A stretch of 32,813 nucleotides of DNA from contig JAPEUD010000041.1 in NCBI GenBank assembly GCA_026026165.1, positions 186,001-218,813 on the forward strand, given 5' to 3'. The notes beneath the pieces are model-generated. The model was not told the DNA's origin and searched no databases. It saw nothing but the letters and a program-made list of their open reading frames with translations. The translations under genes were made by a program, and so were the position numbers. The first letter of the stretch is position 1. Every line of letters begins with the position of its first letter. The DNA is from Sarea resinae. Lineage: Eukaryota. Of this stretch, positions 12,071 through 24,470 are shown piece after piece.

Positions 12071-13759
12071 GCCCTCACGGGATCTTCATCATCGCCATCG
12101 TGATTGTAGCCGACGAGAATAGCAGGCCGTAGCCGGCAGCCTCTGATGCTTGCTACGTACGAAGGTCCATGGTCCATGATCGGAATGGCATCCATACAGA
12201 CAGACGTCGTACTTGGTACAGCCCCTACGCGGTGCAGCCCGCACTATCGTTATTACGAGTGGACTCGTGGAGCCAATATTACGACTATCCCTTCTATCTC
12301 TGCTAGTGAGGGGCGCCGGAGCATGGATAATCACCTGCATTTCCCCAATCCAGACTGGTAACATATCCGAGTCGAAGCTTACTAGTAAAAACCCTACGAC
12401 AACGAGGAGACGGGGGTTCAGGAGGGCCAGGAGGGCCAGGAGGGCCAAGAGTATCAGAGTAGAGTCTTCCGGAGGTTCGGACATAGCGGACGGACCACCC
12501 ACCAACGCGAGGGTAAGATCCGAGGGCAACTGTTAAGTACGAGTCCATACCGCTCCAAGCCATGATTGACCATGGTAGGGGGGAGGGGACGGCGCAAGGT
12601 ACTACTGTGTACGATGTACGTAGTATTGACGAAAGTGGGAGGCTCCCCTGCAGCACTGAAGACCGAAGACGATAGACAATAATAATATCCAGGCAAGATC
12701 ATCCTCCTCCTCATGCTCACCACCATGATCAGCATCATCGATTGAATGACGAGGCGTGGTCGGCAAACGAGGGGCCCCCCCATGGTCCATCCCAATGGAT
12801 ATCTCGGTTCATCGCGATCGATCTTGGGGCCAAGAATCCAGGATTCTTGGACTGTTCAAGCCTCGTTCGCCTTGAAGTCTAATCGTTGCTGGATATAGAG
12901 TAGATTACCCAATCTGCACCACCGAGCACGCCGCCACTCGACACCAGCGGCGACGAGGATGACGAGGACGAGGATGGTGATGGTGCTGGTGACGGTGATG
13001 GTGATAATGATAGCGGCCGCCCTGGCTGCCCATCGTCATTTGCAGGACCGTAGTTCCGCGTCTGCCTTTCCGCTTCCTCGTTTTTCCTCTCCGCCCTCCA
13101 CGTTGGTGTCCATCCGCTATCCGCTCTACGCTCTCCAGAACACCGACCATGACTAACCACCGAGACCCTGACTACTCCGGAGTACTCGACTTACTCAAGC
13201 AACCCGAGTCTCGATCGACACGGTGCAGACTCGGGGAGGATTACTAGCGTGCAGGCGCGCCAGATGCTGCGAGCCTTGAAGGCTTCTGAAAACATCATCA
13301 CTCGTCCCTTCGCAGCTTGTCGCATGCCAATCACCTGCACTCAGCGATGATCCCAAAGCCTCATCCTTCTGTCTATCGCTGTCCCTCCTGCGTACTCCGT
13401 ATGTCGGTCAGGCTGCCTCGCTGTCCAGGGCGGTCAAAGGTCCATCGACGGCATCTTCCACGGCGCAAGCCATGGCCTTTGTTCCATCTGGTACCTGAGC
13501 TGCCTTACCCGTCGGTCGGTCAGGTCCCACAGCGTACAGCGTCCCGCCCACCGCCAACAGCAAGGCACACCCGTCGGTCCCACACACACTAAAACCCCCG
13601 TTCCGGAAAAGACAGAGCGCGACAGTGGAGAGCCCTGTGGAGAGAGGAAGAAGCTCGGGCCTTTTCTCTCCTCTCTCCGCCGTCCGTCCTTCTCCTCTCC
13701 TCCTCGCTCCGCTCGCCCCTAGCGAACCCGCTGTGCCGCACACTACCTTGGCTAAAGTA

Positions 13760-13805
13760 CCACCGCCGCCACCACCACCACCACCACCACCACCACCACC
13801 CCACC
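13760..13805. repeat. (CCA)n microsatellite
   Basis: Read directly; it produces the poly-P/G/W ORFs in the track. Confidence 0.9.
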
Positions 13806-15479
13806 TCGCGGCCCCTTGGCAGGTGCTTTGTGCGAAGACGCCAACCCTCAAACGGCGAGCGCGGCTATCTGTAAATGCAGTTGCCTCTTTGTCGGTCTGT
13901 GTGTGCGTACTCGAGACGCCTAACCTGCCCGCCCGCCTCCCTACCAATTCAATTCAGCTCAGCTTCCTGTTCCTGGCCGCATCTCCGAAGCATCATGTAG
14001 GTGTCAGGCAAGTACTTCAGTAGTACCTAGTGAGCCGACCAAGTACGAGTACCTCGTAATGGTACTTCGTACATTCGCTCTACGCCACACACCTGCGCCG
14101 ACGACGCCCACGACAGCCAGCCCACGCGACACCAAAGTACGAAGTACTCCGAGTAAGATCGTAACTCATCTACGACTTTTCGCCTCAAGTCCGATTCGCA
14201 AATCGACACCTCGAGAAATGAATATTTTCTTGATGTCCGACCCCGTAGTCTGGCTATTCTGTCACACACGCCACTGCGAACGCAAAATGCGAACACTAAA
14301 TAAAGACGGCCCACATCCACCTCCAAAACGCCCGGGCTCTATCATCCACCGTCCATGCCATCATCCAGGTTCGAGTCTTCCCTTTCTTCTTCCTCGACCA
14401 AAATACCAATTGCAGAAATTCGACCACCAGGAACGCAAAGAAAGAAAGGAAGAGAAAGAGGGGTCAAAAAAGTGACACAACAAACACAGTGGATACCCTA
14501 CCCTCCCCAATTCCACCAGCACCAACACCAACACCCACACCAGCACCAGTCCCAATCCAATGCCATCACCAATCCCGACGCCACTACCGTGATAGGATGC
14601 AAAGGAAGAAGAATCAAAAAGTAGCCCCTTACCTGACTTACTCTGGACCCTGTATTTGTGCTCGGTGCACTGCTTGCTGGTCCGCGCGCGCTCGCCAGAC
14701 AGGCGCGGCTGACGTACCCTATGCCTGTGCCTATGCTATAGCCTCGTGCTGTTAAAGAGCTGTTTTTATCCCAATATCTCTCGTCTTCCCTGACCGCACT
14801 GGCCTTGTCCTTTTCCATCTTACAGGAGGTGTCTACCTAGGTAGGAAAGATGTGTTATCAGCTTCCATCCATGGCTCAGTCTCCAGCTAGGTAAGATCGT
14901 ACTCTATCATATGTAATACTCGTAGTAGCTCGGTTCGGCTCAGCCTGGCTCGGCCGGGCTCAGCTTAGGTAGCTTGGCCTAGGCTTGGCTTACGCACGCA
15001 CTCCTATCTAAACCTCCCCTACCTGACCCTACCCTACCTTATCCCATGCCTATGCCTACTCCCTCCATCCTGTAGGTATTTGTATCTGTACTCCAGAGTG
15101 AGTCTGCTCGCCTGCGCTGCTTGAGCCAAGGTGGGCTTGACTTGACTTGACTTATCTGAACCTGCCCTGACTTAACCTGCCCTAACATAACGACGTAGAC
15201 TGCGCAGAGGCTTCACTCTTCGCTCTTCGCTCTTCGCTCTTCGCTCTGCATACCTACTATATACAAGTACGAGAACGGAGTAGGGAGTACAGCGTACAGA
15301 GTACTTCATGTTAATGTTCTTGTAGGTAAGGTAGGTTCTATAGGATCAATCCAATGTTTCCCAAGCCCCTGGGTCGTGCGTCTGCATATACCTAATCCTG
15401 CATCTGCAGAAAAACACGTGGATACACACTAGCTGCCCCTCCCTCTCTTCTCTGCCTCTTCTTACTTCCTAGACCTCTC

Positions 15480-15693
15480 TCTAAGTAGCGCTCTACTACT
15501 ATATGTTATTGTATATTGTAGTATGTATACACTCTTGAGCGGCCTACCCTTAAGGCAGATAATATCTGTTGTTTTGTATGAGAAAAATTGATTGTTAGTA
15601 AGTGTTTTGTTTTTATTTGTTTGTTGTGTTTGTTATCTGTAGCTTGTTCGTTATTCAGGTTGTTTTATTATGTGTAGATATATATAGAGAGAG

Positions 15694-15729
<36 letters not shown>

Positions 15730-16110
15730 ATTATAGTAAACTATACCTATATAACCAAAAAAAGTATAATTAAATAAACAAACAAACACTTACCTAAGTA
15801 TTCCCTACAAAATAGAAAAGTATATTGCTATTGTTATTAGTAGCTCTATCACTTTTCTATTGCTATTCTAAGAGAAGAGAAGAAGAAGAAGAAGAGAAGA
15901 AGAGGTAATATTTCTTATTTAGAGGAATATAGATACAGAGTTCGTTTTGGTTGTTGTTCTTGTTGTTATTGTAAAAGTAGTACATAGTGGTAGAAGGTAG
16001 GAAGTATACATCACAGTTGAACCTGTGCAAATACTAACCCAACTCTCGATATAGAAACGACTGAGAGAAGCATAAAAGCTCTTCTACTATCTCAAAAAAA
16101 GAAAAACGTC
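15480..16110. repeat. AT-rich, TpA-rich island with (AG)n, (AT)n and (AGA)n tracts; possible RIP-degraded repeat relic
   Basis: Visibly lower GC than the flanks, many TA dinucleotides, (AT)n ~15698-15726, (AGA)n ~15872-15904, and no ORF listed between 14818 and 16087. Confidence 0.6.
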
Positions 16111-16381
16111 GATGCTATTTCGCCCTCTCTCCCTCTCTCCTTCTCTCTTTCTTTCTCCGAGTAGTGTCGGCAATGGGCTACAATGATACGATGAGATGGA
16201 ATGAGAGTCTTGAGCTTGATCATTCACAGTATACGACTTGGCGCACAGATAACATACACACGTAGTGTGAGAGAAGGAGAACAAAGGTGAAAAAGTCATA
16301 CGGAGGATAGTTAGGTATGCAGGAGCGGAAGATGAGCTCTTATAGACACGAAAAGCACTCTTCTGATGCATCCACCATCAT

Positions 16382-19300
16382 TCAAGGGCCAAAGTCCATC
16401 CGGAGCGCAATACTAGGCACCCTCTCGCCCTCCATGTCCCTGCCACCACCAGCACCACCAGCAGAACCACCGCCTCTCCCGCTTCCGCCCGCCCCCGCTC
16501 CACCGACTCGAATGACCTTCTCCATGAATGTCCTAGCCTCTGCTCCCAAGGCCCCGACCACGCCCCTGAAGCCGTCTTGGTCGACGTTGGCCAGCTCGAG
16601 GAGGCGCGCTGCTGTCTCGCGGTACGTGGCCGGGCCGTCGCGGGTGGCGCGCGTTAGGAGGGCGGGGAGGAGCAGTGAGATGTACGTTGCGCGCTTGGAA
16701 GGTGTGGCGAGGGTGGCTGTGAGAGAGGTCAGTGCGTGGGCGATGAGCGGGCGCGTTGTGGGGATTGTGTCTGGCGTAGGCGGCGAGTCGGTGGTGAGGT
16801 GGTGAAGGAGATGCGGGAGGAGGTAGCGCGTGTATGGAGATGCTGCCGTCGTGGATGCTGAGGAAGTGAGAAGGAGGGTACGTGTGCAATTTGCGGCGAC
16901 CTTGCTTGTCTGTCAAGTCGGTCGGTGTTAGTGTTCGTTGCGTCCAAAGTCGGGTTGGATCTGCTGAATGAAAAGGGAGATATGAAACACATACCATAGT
17001 GTCATTCAAGCAATCAAGCATTTCGTCCAGGAAGCGAGTGACTAGAGGATCAGTCGGTACAATGTCGTTTGCGCCACTGGTCAGCAAGATAGTCGTTGCA
17101 AGGATGGTGTTCTTTGCACAAGGAAGACTAGCTTCCGATGCCCGCTTTTGAGCATTCAATAAGATGGTCAGAAAGCGCCGAAGACAGACTCGAATCTGAT
17201 TCGCCACGTTGTCATTCTCTGGCGTCTGCCCATGGCCAGTCTGGGTGATGCCGGTGACGAAACGCTTGAAGATCGGTAATGCTTGAGGAACAACCGTCTC
17301 CTGACATGAGCCTGTGCCAAGGATGGTAGCGAAGATGTGGAAGATGCAAGCATGCAAGTCCGTCTTGATGACCGAGGGGAAAACTTCTGCGGCGTCGACG
17401 AGGGCGTCGAGAGAAAGCCTGATTAGAGAGATGGCTTCATCGGAGAGATTGTGGCGAGCTAGCAACCGAATTAGTTCAACCAGATATATTGCAGCTAGCA
17501 ATCTTACCTGGAGAGGATGCCTCAGTGAGGTTGGGCACCAGACCAGCCAAGACCAAGACTATAATACGAGTGAGCTCGAACAATTGATCGATGTCATCAG
17601 AGAGGTGATCCTCGGCAGAAGAACTAGGCGTATGTTAGCGTCAGATTCCAGCCAGAGAAGCGCATCTTGGTACTTACTCCTCGACCTCCCTTGCAGATGG
17701 ATGACTTAGACACAGGTTCCTTGCAATCTCCACAATCACAGCCTGAACGTCCAAGCCTTCGGTCAAGACCATCCGATCCAGAAGGTCCATGGTCTCAGAA
17801 AACACCACTTCCTGATAGATTGCATGGCCTGACACAGACGGGTGCAGAATCTTTTTCAGAGCCAACAAAACCTCCAAAGTCTGTTCCTGATTGACCAAAG
17901 AATCGCTGCTAGACCGGCTGACGAGGGCTTCAAAGGAAATACCGAAGAGTACAAAGAAGAAAGCGACCGGCTCGTCTCGGTAGTTGATATCGTTGCCTTT
18001 ACTAGAGGTGCCGTTGGCCGTCGATGACTCAGTCTTGCCATCCAAAGCATCAAACACGAACTCGCTGTCTTGCTCGATGAGACTTGCAATGGCATCGACC
18101 AGATTCAGCCAGGAATCTTGGTAGAACTGATATTTGTCAGCGTGAGTCGTCATCACCAGATCTAAATCATTAATTACCTTGAGCAGTGTCTCGCGATTGA
18201 GAGCTGAGTAGATCGTATCAAGACTGCCAGATACAGAGGCGGGCCCGGCGCTCGTAGAAATGTCCGGCTCGAATCTCAACCGAGCAAATTCGCGCAACGA
18301 GGATAGCCATAGGGGAGTCAAGGTTGCAATATGAGGTTTAACCACCTCGATAAGGTAACTTTGTTCTCGGCTTGCCAATTGAAGCTCGGCCCAGGCCGAG
18401 AAAATGGCCATTTTTACCATGACTTGCGCATTAGAGCTTAACCCCTTGAGGTCTCCAATTGAAGTGGCCTCTGAATCATCTGGGGTAGGTCAGCAACCAT
18501 CTTTCCGGTAGAAGGTACAAATGTACTCACTCGAGAAACTTTCAAGTGCTGAAACAAGGAGTTTCAGTATCCGCCCCATACGATCGACGTCGGTTACGAT
18601 TCCGGTGGAAATGAAGGCCGCACAGACGTTGATGGCTTCAGATGCTAGTTCCGGGGATGAATCTACGGCAAAAGCTGGAGTGAGCGCGGAGCTGATCTGC
18701 GCCTGGTACTGGTCCAGTAGTGAGGCCTCTGCGAAGTCCGGATCTGGCGTTTTACCAAAGATCTAACATCATTAGCTACGATATACAAACATTAGACGGG
18801 CTTTCAAACCTTTAGAATCTGATCAATGATCTTGAGACCCCAGACTCGCAGCTCTAGAACATTGGCGGTAGAAGCTGAGAAAGCCATTCTGATTACCTCT
18901 GCGATTCTTTGCTGAAGAGCCATCTCAGCAGCGCTTGCGCCGTCCGAAGAGGAGTCTTTGACAATGACCGAGAGGAGCTCGCTCAAGCAATGAACGGCGA
19001 ATGCTCTAACTTGCCATCTAAGCAATTCTTGGCCTGATCCAACAGTGTCCGCCGTGTCATCTTTTGCCGCGCCCACGGCAGAAGCAAAGCCAGCAACTTC
19101 CTCGTCTTGAAGGTCCGGTAACGCAGGTTTGTCTAACTTTTTGGAAGATGCATCTTCATACTTTGCAGGCTTCGTCTTCATCAGGACGTTCTGACACCTC
19201 TGCACCCAGCGAGCCGTGTCTGAGATGCTGGTCTGCTGCAACCAATTCATGATGATGTTTCGGATACCCTCATGAGTCGGAATGTCATCGAGGACAAGCC

Positions 19301-22300
19301 AAAGTTGATCTTCAAGACCAGCTTCAGCGGTCCGTATCACTTCATCCGCATCTCGTTTCATCAGATTGTAGAGTCCATCAATTGCCACATCCCGCAATTC
19401 CGCATTTGACGATTGTAGGTCGCTCTGTAGGTGACGTATGTAACCTGCAAAGTCCATATGCCCGGAAGCATATAGAGACAAGTGCTCAAGACATCTCAAG
19501 CTTCCAGTAAGGACGAGCGAATCTTCTTCCGTCTGAAGTTGTTCAACAAGAGTAACAATGAGATCGCGCGCTTTAGTCAGATCTGCCAGATCTGGACCTA
19601 GAACATTGACTAAGGAATCAATGCACCGAGCAAGTACTGCGGCAGTTGGACGGTCCTCTTCTAGGTTTGAGGTTGCTGCAGAAGCCACTTCGGCGTTGTG
19701 GGTGTCTGAAACATATAATTGAGCGAGCATGCCCAATGTACTCGACACATATCCAGAGAAAGTTAATCCTGCAGATTCCGCGACTTTTGAGAAGCTCTCG
19801 AGAGCCCAGAAATGCACCGTCGGATGAGGGTCACTGCAAAGGGACATGAGCACGCCAAGAATTGTTTTCAAATGGTAGCCAGCAGCCATCCCGCCGACTT
19901 GGGAGTGGATGCAACCAAGAGCTACGGCACATCCTGCACGTGCATTTGGCTCACGATTAGTGACGATGAGATCCACAAGATATTTGATCTCATTCGTCGT
20001 AAAGGCGTTGCCAGAATTGCTGCAGAGACGGCCCAGAGCTTCGTAGGCGATATTGCGGATGTATTGGTCGTGATGTATAACGAGATCCTTGGTCGCCGTT
20101 AGTACGAGGTAGCACATATGTCAGTGGAGCACCTACACGTAATAGCTCTTGTATGATTTTCTCCACGGCAGAATTCTTTATATCACCTGGAGCTGACAAG
20201 GTTTCCCTTACTGCAACCTTCAGAGTAGCTAACAATGCTGTTGCGACATTGATTGTCATAGCTGTCTTTCTAGCAGGATCCCTTTGGAGGACGTTCGCCG
20301 AGAGGTACGTGACAACTTGCTCGAGGATACTCTCTTGCACCTTGGAGCTCTGGAGCGGAAGAGAGATGGCAAACAGAGTAATTGCAGAATTCACCACCTC
20401 TGTAGCCGGTGGATCCGGAAGGTCGTCAGAATCTTGCACAGGGCTGATGTATAAAGAGACCGAATCATGTTCTCTAGCTCCACAGATAGGAGACAACAGC
20501 TAAAGAGTTTAGCACAGTTTCATCAATGACCGAGATCTGACTTACGGTTTGGTCGATTGCTGCCTCGGCTCCGCTTCTTGTAAGCCAATGTGCCTGGCTA
20601 GCGCCCTCTTGTTCATATGGCAATTTCCTGATCTCGAGCCCCTTTACAAGTCCAGTAACACCAAAGCCGCAATTGTCACCAACTTCCCAAACAGTCTCAA
20701 ATGCTCCTGCTGAGCTCGCTATTGACGTGCTCAAGGAGCTTGGAGAGTAGTTGTCTGGTTCCGCGAAGAAAGAAATAGCTAAAGTGAGGACGTTGGACTG
20801 GAGAAGAGTTTCAGCACTGCCAGGGGGACTCAGATACACTAATTTAGTGTAGCATTGCAAGACTCTCCGTCGAACCATCAGTTCGAGATCGTTCAGATCC
20901 AAAGAGGGGGATAGTCTTTGAGATACGTCCTCTGTGGACTTTTTCTTAGGAATACTGTTTAGGAATAAAGTGGTATTCTGGAGCATAGCGGCCAGCCGTT
21001 TAGACACGTCGATGGTGAGTAATCGTCCGTTGAATTCGAGAAAGGCAAGCATAGAACCAAGAGCACATTCTCGAACATGGGTTAGAAAGCTCAATTCAAG
21101 CATGCTCCGTTGAACCATGCTGTCTTTGGCCAGTGGCTTGGGAAGCGCGTTTTTCCACATGAGGAGAAGCTGAGAAAGGTGAATCTTCACAAAGTTCGGG
21201 CCAAGGGTCATTAATCCACCAATGAGGATCCATGCCACTTGTATCTGCGTGCTTGATATTCTCAGCTCTGAATTGCCGCTGGATTTCAGTAGCCCTGTGG
21301 CCAAGGACAGGACGCGTGAATTGATGTCAACCGATCCGTAAAGCGGCTGCAAAGGGGATATGCTCAACACTGCAGAAAGGCCATTGGCATAGCCTACACA
21401 TCGCCTAGGGGAATGTCTTGGCGTTGATAGAAGGTTCAACTCGCGATTGACGCTATTCATGCAGATTGTCACACATGGAAGCAGCTGCTGTGGACAGGCG
21501 AGAACGTAAGCCCTTATACAGTGAGAAGTCGATATTTGAACAGTATAGCTCGGATGTTGTAAGACTTGAAGGAGGCCATCTCGACACAGGTCAGCAATGC
21601 TAGTCGTAGCGGAACCAAGAGAGTTGATCAAAGAAGCAAGGGCGCTTAGAGCACCCGTGAGAGAATGCTTGCTAGGCTCCGGCCGCTCGGGAATGACCTG
21701 GGGATAATTCTTTAGGATGTCATTGACAAGAAACTTGGCTGCCCTCAGCTGGCCGGACTCGCCGAGGATTTGCTGTCCAACGACGTCCTCGATAATGATC
21801 CTGATGTACTTCCTCGTACTGAGCAGTCTGTACCGATTCCGATAGATGTTGGTGTTATTCAGTAATTCGAGAAGCAGGTGGTCGACAATTTTTCCGTATT
21901 GGCTCTCGACAACGCTCCCATTTAGCCCCTTTACCACCCGGATATAGCATACAGCAATACCAGCCCGAGCTCTATTCGTCGTCGAGGTTCGAACGTACTG
22001 GGTCGAGAGCTGTTTAAGCAGATCTGGAAGGCTGAATGCGAGACCCAAGGAAGCCTTTTTGGGGGTCGGGGACTCCGGTCTTTGTATATCTTCCTCGTCG
22101 CCTTGGGATATTGCCATTGATTGCCTTTTGTTGGCCTTCTTCGTCTTCTTCAACTTCGGTAAAGGCTCCCTGTTCGCGTCTTCTGAAAAATGTTTTACCA
22201 ACGCCGCAGCCAAGCAGGAAGCTGCTGCATGTCTTGCTGTTGGTGCCGAAGTATCGATAGTCTTCCAGATCGTGGACTTTAGGGACTCGAAATCATTTGA

Positions 22301-22996
22301 GTTGTCAAAGTATGTTGTACAACGTACAAGCTGCTCCAAGCACTTGCAAGCGCTGGCTTGGACAATAACAGCCTTGTCTCCCGAAGCAGCGGATCTGGCG
22401 TGTTTCCAGACATCTTTAGCAGCGCTTTCGTCCGCCGACCCTGCTATGCCCTCGAAGACCTTTCCCAGCGCCTTGTAGATCGAGCTCTTCAGTCCCGACA
22501 AATTCGTCGCGTATTTCAGAAGCTTTGTCAACGCCGAGCAGGTCAAGATGGACAGACTGATTGCTCGATCCCCTGCAACCCTGTAGATCTCCCCAACGCA
22601 GTGTACCGCCGCATGCCTGGCTTTCAATTCCTTGTCGCCTTTGCTAGCAGTGAGTATACCCACCAGCTCATTGATCGATTCGAACAACAGCTTTCTATCT
22701 CCTTTCCCAAAGATTCCCGCGAAGCATCGGCCAATGTTATTGCGAATCGCGCGGGTAGGCGTAGGAGACGATAGAGTGATCATCTGAAAGAGCTCCTTCT
22801 TGATGTAAATCTGATGCGCCGAAGCCCCATCAGCGTCGAGGCTCTCCACATGGTGAGCGAGATCGGACGAGAAGGTCAGAAGGTAGAGATCTTGCTGTTC
22901 GGAGGGTAGGGAGTGTAGCTTTGGGATATCGAGCTCTGGATTAGAGACAGCGGCGCCGCCATTGGTAGTGGTGCCGCCTGGATCGGTTGCCGACAT
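16382..22996 (-). CDS. LAA1: Large HEAT-repeat AP-1 accessory protein (Laa1 / HEATR5 family)
   Basis: Motifs LMTLGPNFVKIHLSQLLLMWKNAL, ARAGCAVALGCIHSQVGGMAAGYHL, IFGKTPDPDF...LLDQYQAQISSALTPAF and C-terminal PSIALRMDF. Exons 22996-20546, 20499-20137, 20087-18810, 18762-18531, 18479-18178, 18126-17678, 17623-17508, 17458-16995, 16909-16382 (TGA); the frame is conserved across all junctions. Confidence 0.93.
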
Positions 22997-23306
22997 GAGA
23001 AGAGAAGCGCTGGCCAAAATGTTAGGACATTAGAATTGATCGTGAAGCCGCAGATCGAAGTGCGATTCAATTACAAGAAACCTGTGGCTGTCGTGATTCT
23101 AAGTTGTGTCTCTGATGCTGTAATTGGCATCTGCTGTCTACTCGGTATGCTGTCCCTATTCGGTAGTCCAAGACACGCGATACGCATTTCGCTACGGCGA
23201 ACCAGAGACTTCCCATTTCACCCAAAATATTTACAACGGAAACAGCTATCATTACCGGAGTCTTGAGATATAGCTAAAGCTCCGCCGAGTTACAATCTGA
23301 GCAGTA

Positions 23307-24299
23307 ATGGCAACCTTGTCTCGCGGTCTCCTGCAGCGTTCTGTAAATCTCGATGGCTACATATGCCAACGCTGCCGCAACCTCTCCTCGAGCGCATATC
23401 TCAACTCCGGTCACAGCCGCTGGTCGACAATTAAGCACGATAAAGGCAAGGCCGATGCGGTGAAGAACAAGCAGCGTTCAATCCTTGCCCAGGAGCTGAC
23501 GCAGGCGTCGAAACGTATGTCCACGCCTTGATCTTTGCGATTTATAGTCGAAAATGGAGCACTGATCGTCGGACAGTATTCGGCGCGGATCCGAACAACA
23601 ATCCTCGTCTCGCGACAGCAATACAGACTGCCAAGAAGGCCGGCTTCCCAAAGGCTTCAATGGAAGCGGCGATATCCCGAGGACAAGGAATATCACTGTC
23701 TGGTGCTGCTCTCGAGACCTTGACGTTGGAAGCTATTCTCCCACCGTCGGTGGCTTTTGTCATCGACTGTCAGACGGACTCGAAGGCTCGGACGCTGCAG
23801 GACTTGAGAGTACTTATTAAAGACTTCAATGGGACTGCCACGCCAACCAGCTATCTATTTGAGAAGAAAGGCCGCATAGAATTCGAGGAAGCCGAGGGAA
23901 TAAGTGGGGATGACATCCTGGACGATGCAATAGAAGCTGGCGCATCCGATATTGTTGAAGGCCCCGATGGAAGTATCACCGTGTTTACCGAGCCAAGTCA
24001 GACGAGATCCGTCATGGAAGCACTTACCGCTTCTTCGGCGAAGCTAAAGGTGGACACTTCAGAGATAATATGGGATCCCAATGAAGACACAATGGTCGGG
24101 CTTCCGAGCGACGACGCTGCGAAATCACTGTCAAATTTCATAGGTCAGCTTCACATCTTCGCCATCCTGGGTGATGCTAATGAATCCGTCAGATGCGCTC
24201 CAAGAGGATCCAAGCGTGCTGGGTGTGTATGCCAACGTCTCACAAGGAGACGTCAGCGAGGGAGCATGGGTGGAGTTGAAAAGTAGACTTGGCAATTGA
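23307..24299 (+). CDS. TACO1: Mitochondrial YebC/PmpR (DUF28) family protein, TACO1/Dpc29-like translational activator
   Basis: Presequence-like N-terminus, then SGHSRWSTIKHDKGKAD, GADPNNNPRLATAIQTAKKAGFPKASMEAAI, VIDCQTDSKART and SYLFEKKG. Exons 23307-23514, 23577-24143, 24193-24299 (TGA). Confidence 0.9.
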
Positions 24300-24470
24300 G
24301 CTGTCAGGAATTGTACAGGATATAAGTAGCGTGTTGTACAACCACGGCATCCAATTCGTCATCGCAAAACGCCCGTTTGCTCGTGAAAGCCCTCAAGAAA
24401 ACGCCAATAAATGCATCCTTCATCCCTCCACATCTTCACCCGTAGGGCCGCCCTTTGCAATCCTCCTCAC

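Noticed and set aside
11318..14818. Many 60-180 aa ORFs with poly-T/V/P/G/W, DY or RL repeats
   Set aside because: They are translations of microsatellites in overlapping frames, with no consistent splice structure or domain.
16317..16805. 162-aa plus-strand Pro-rich ORF
   Set aside because: It is antisense to the last LAA1 exon, which ends in the expected PSIALRMDF motif.
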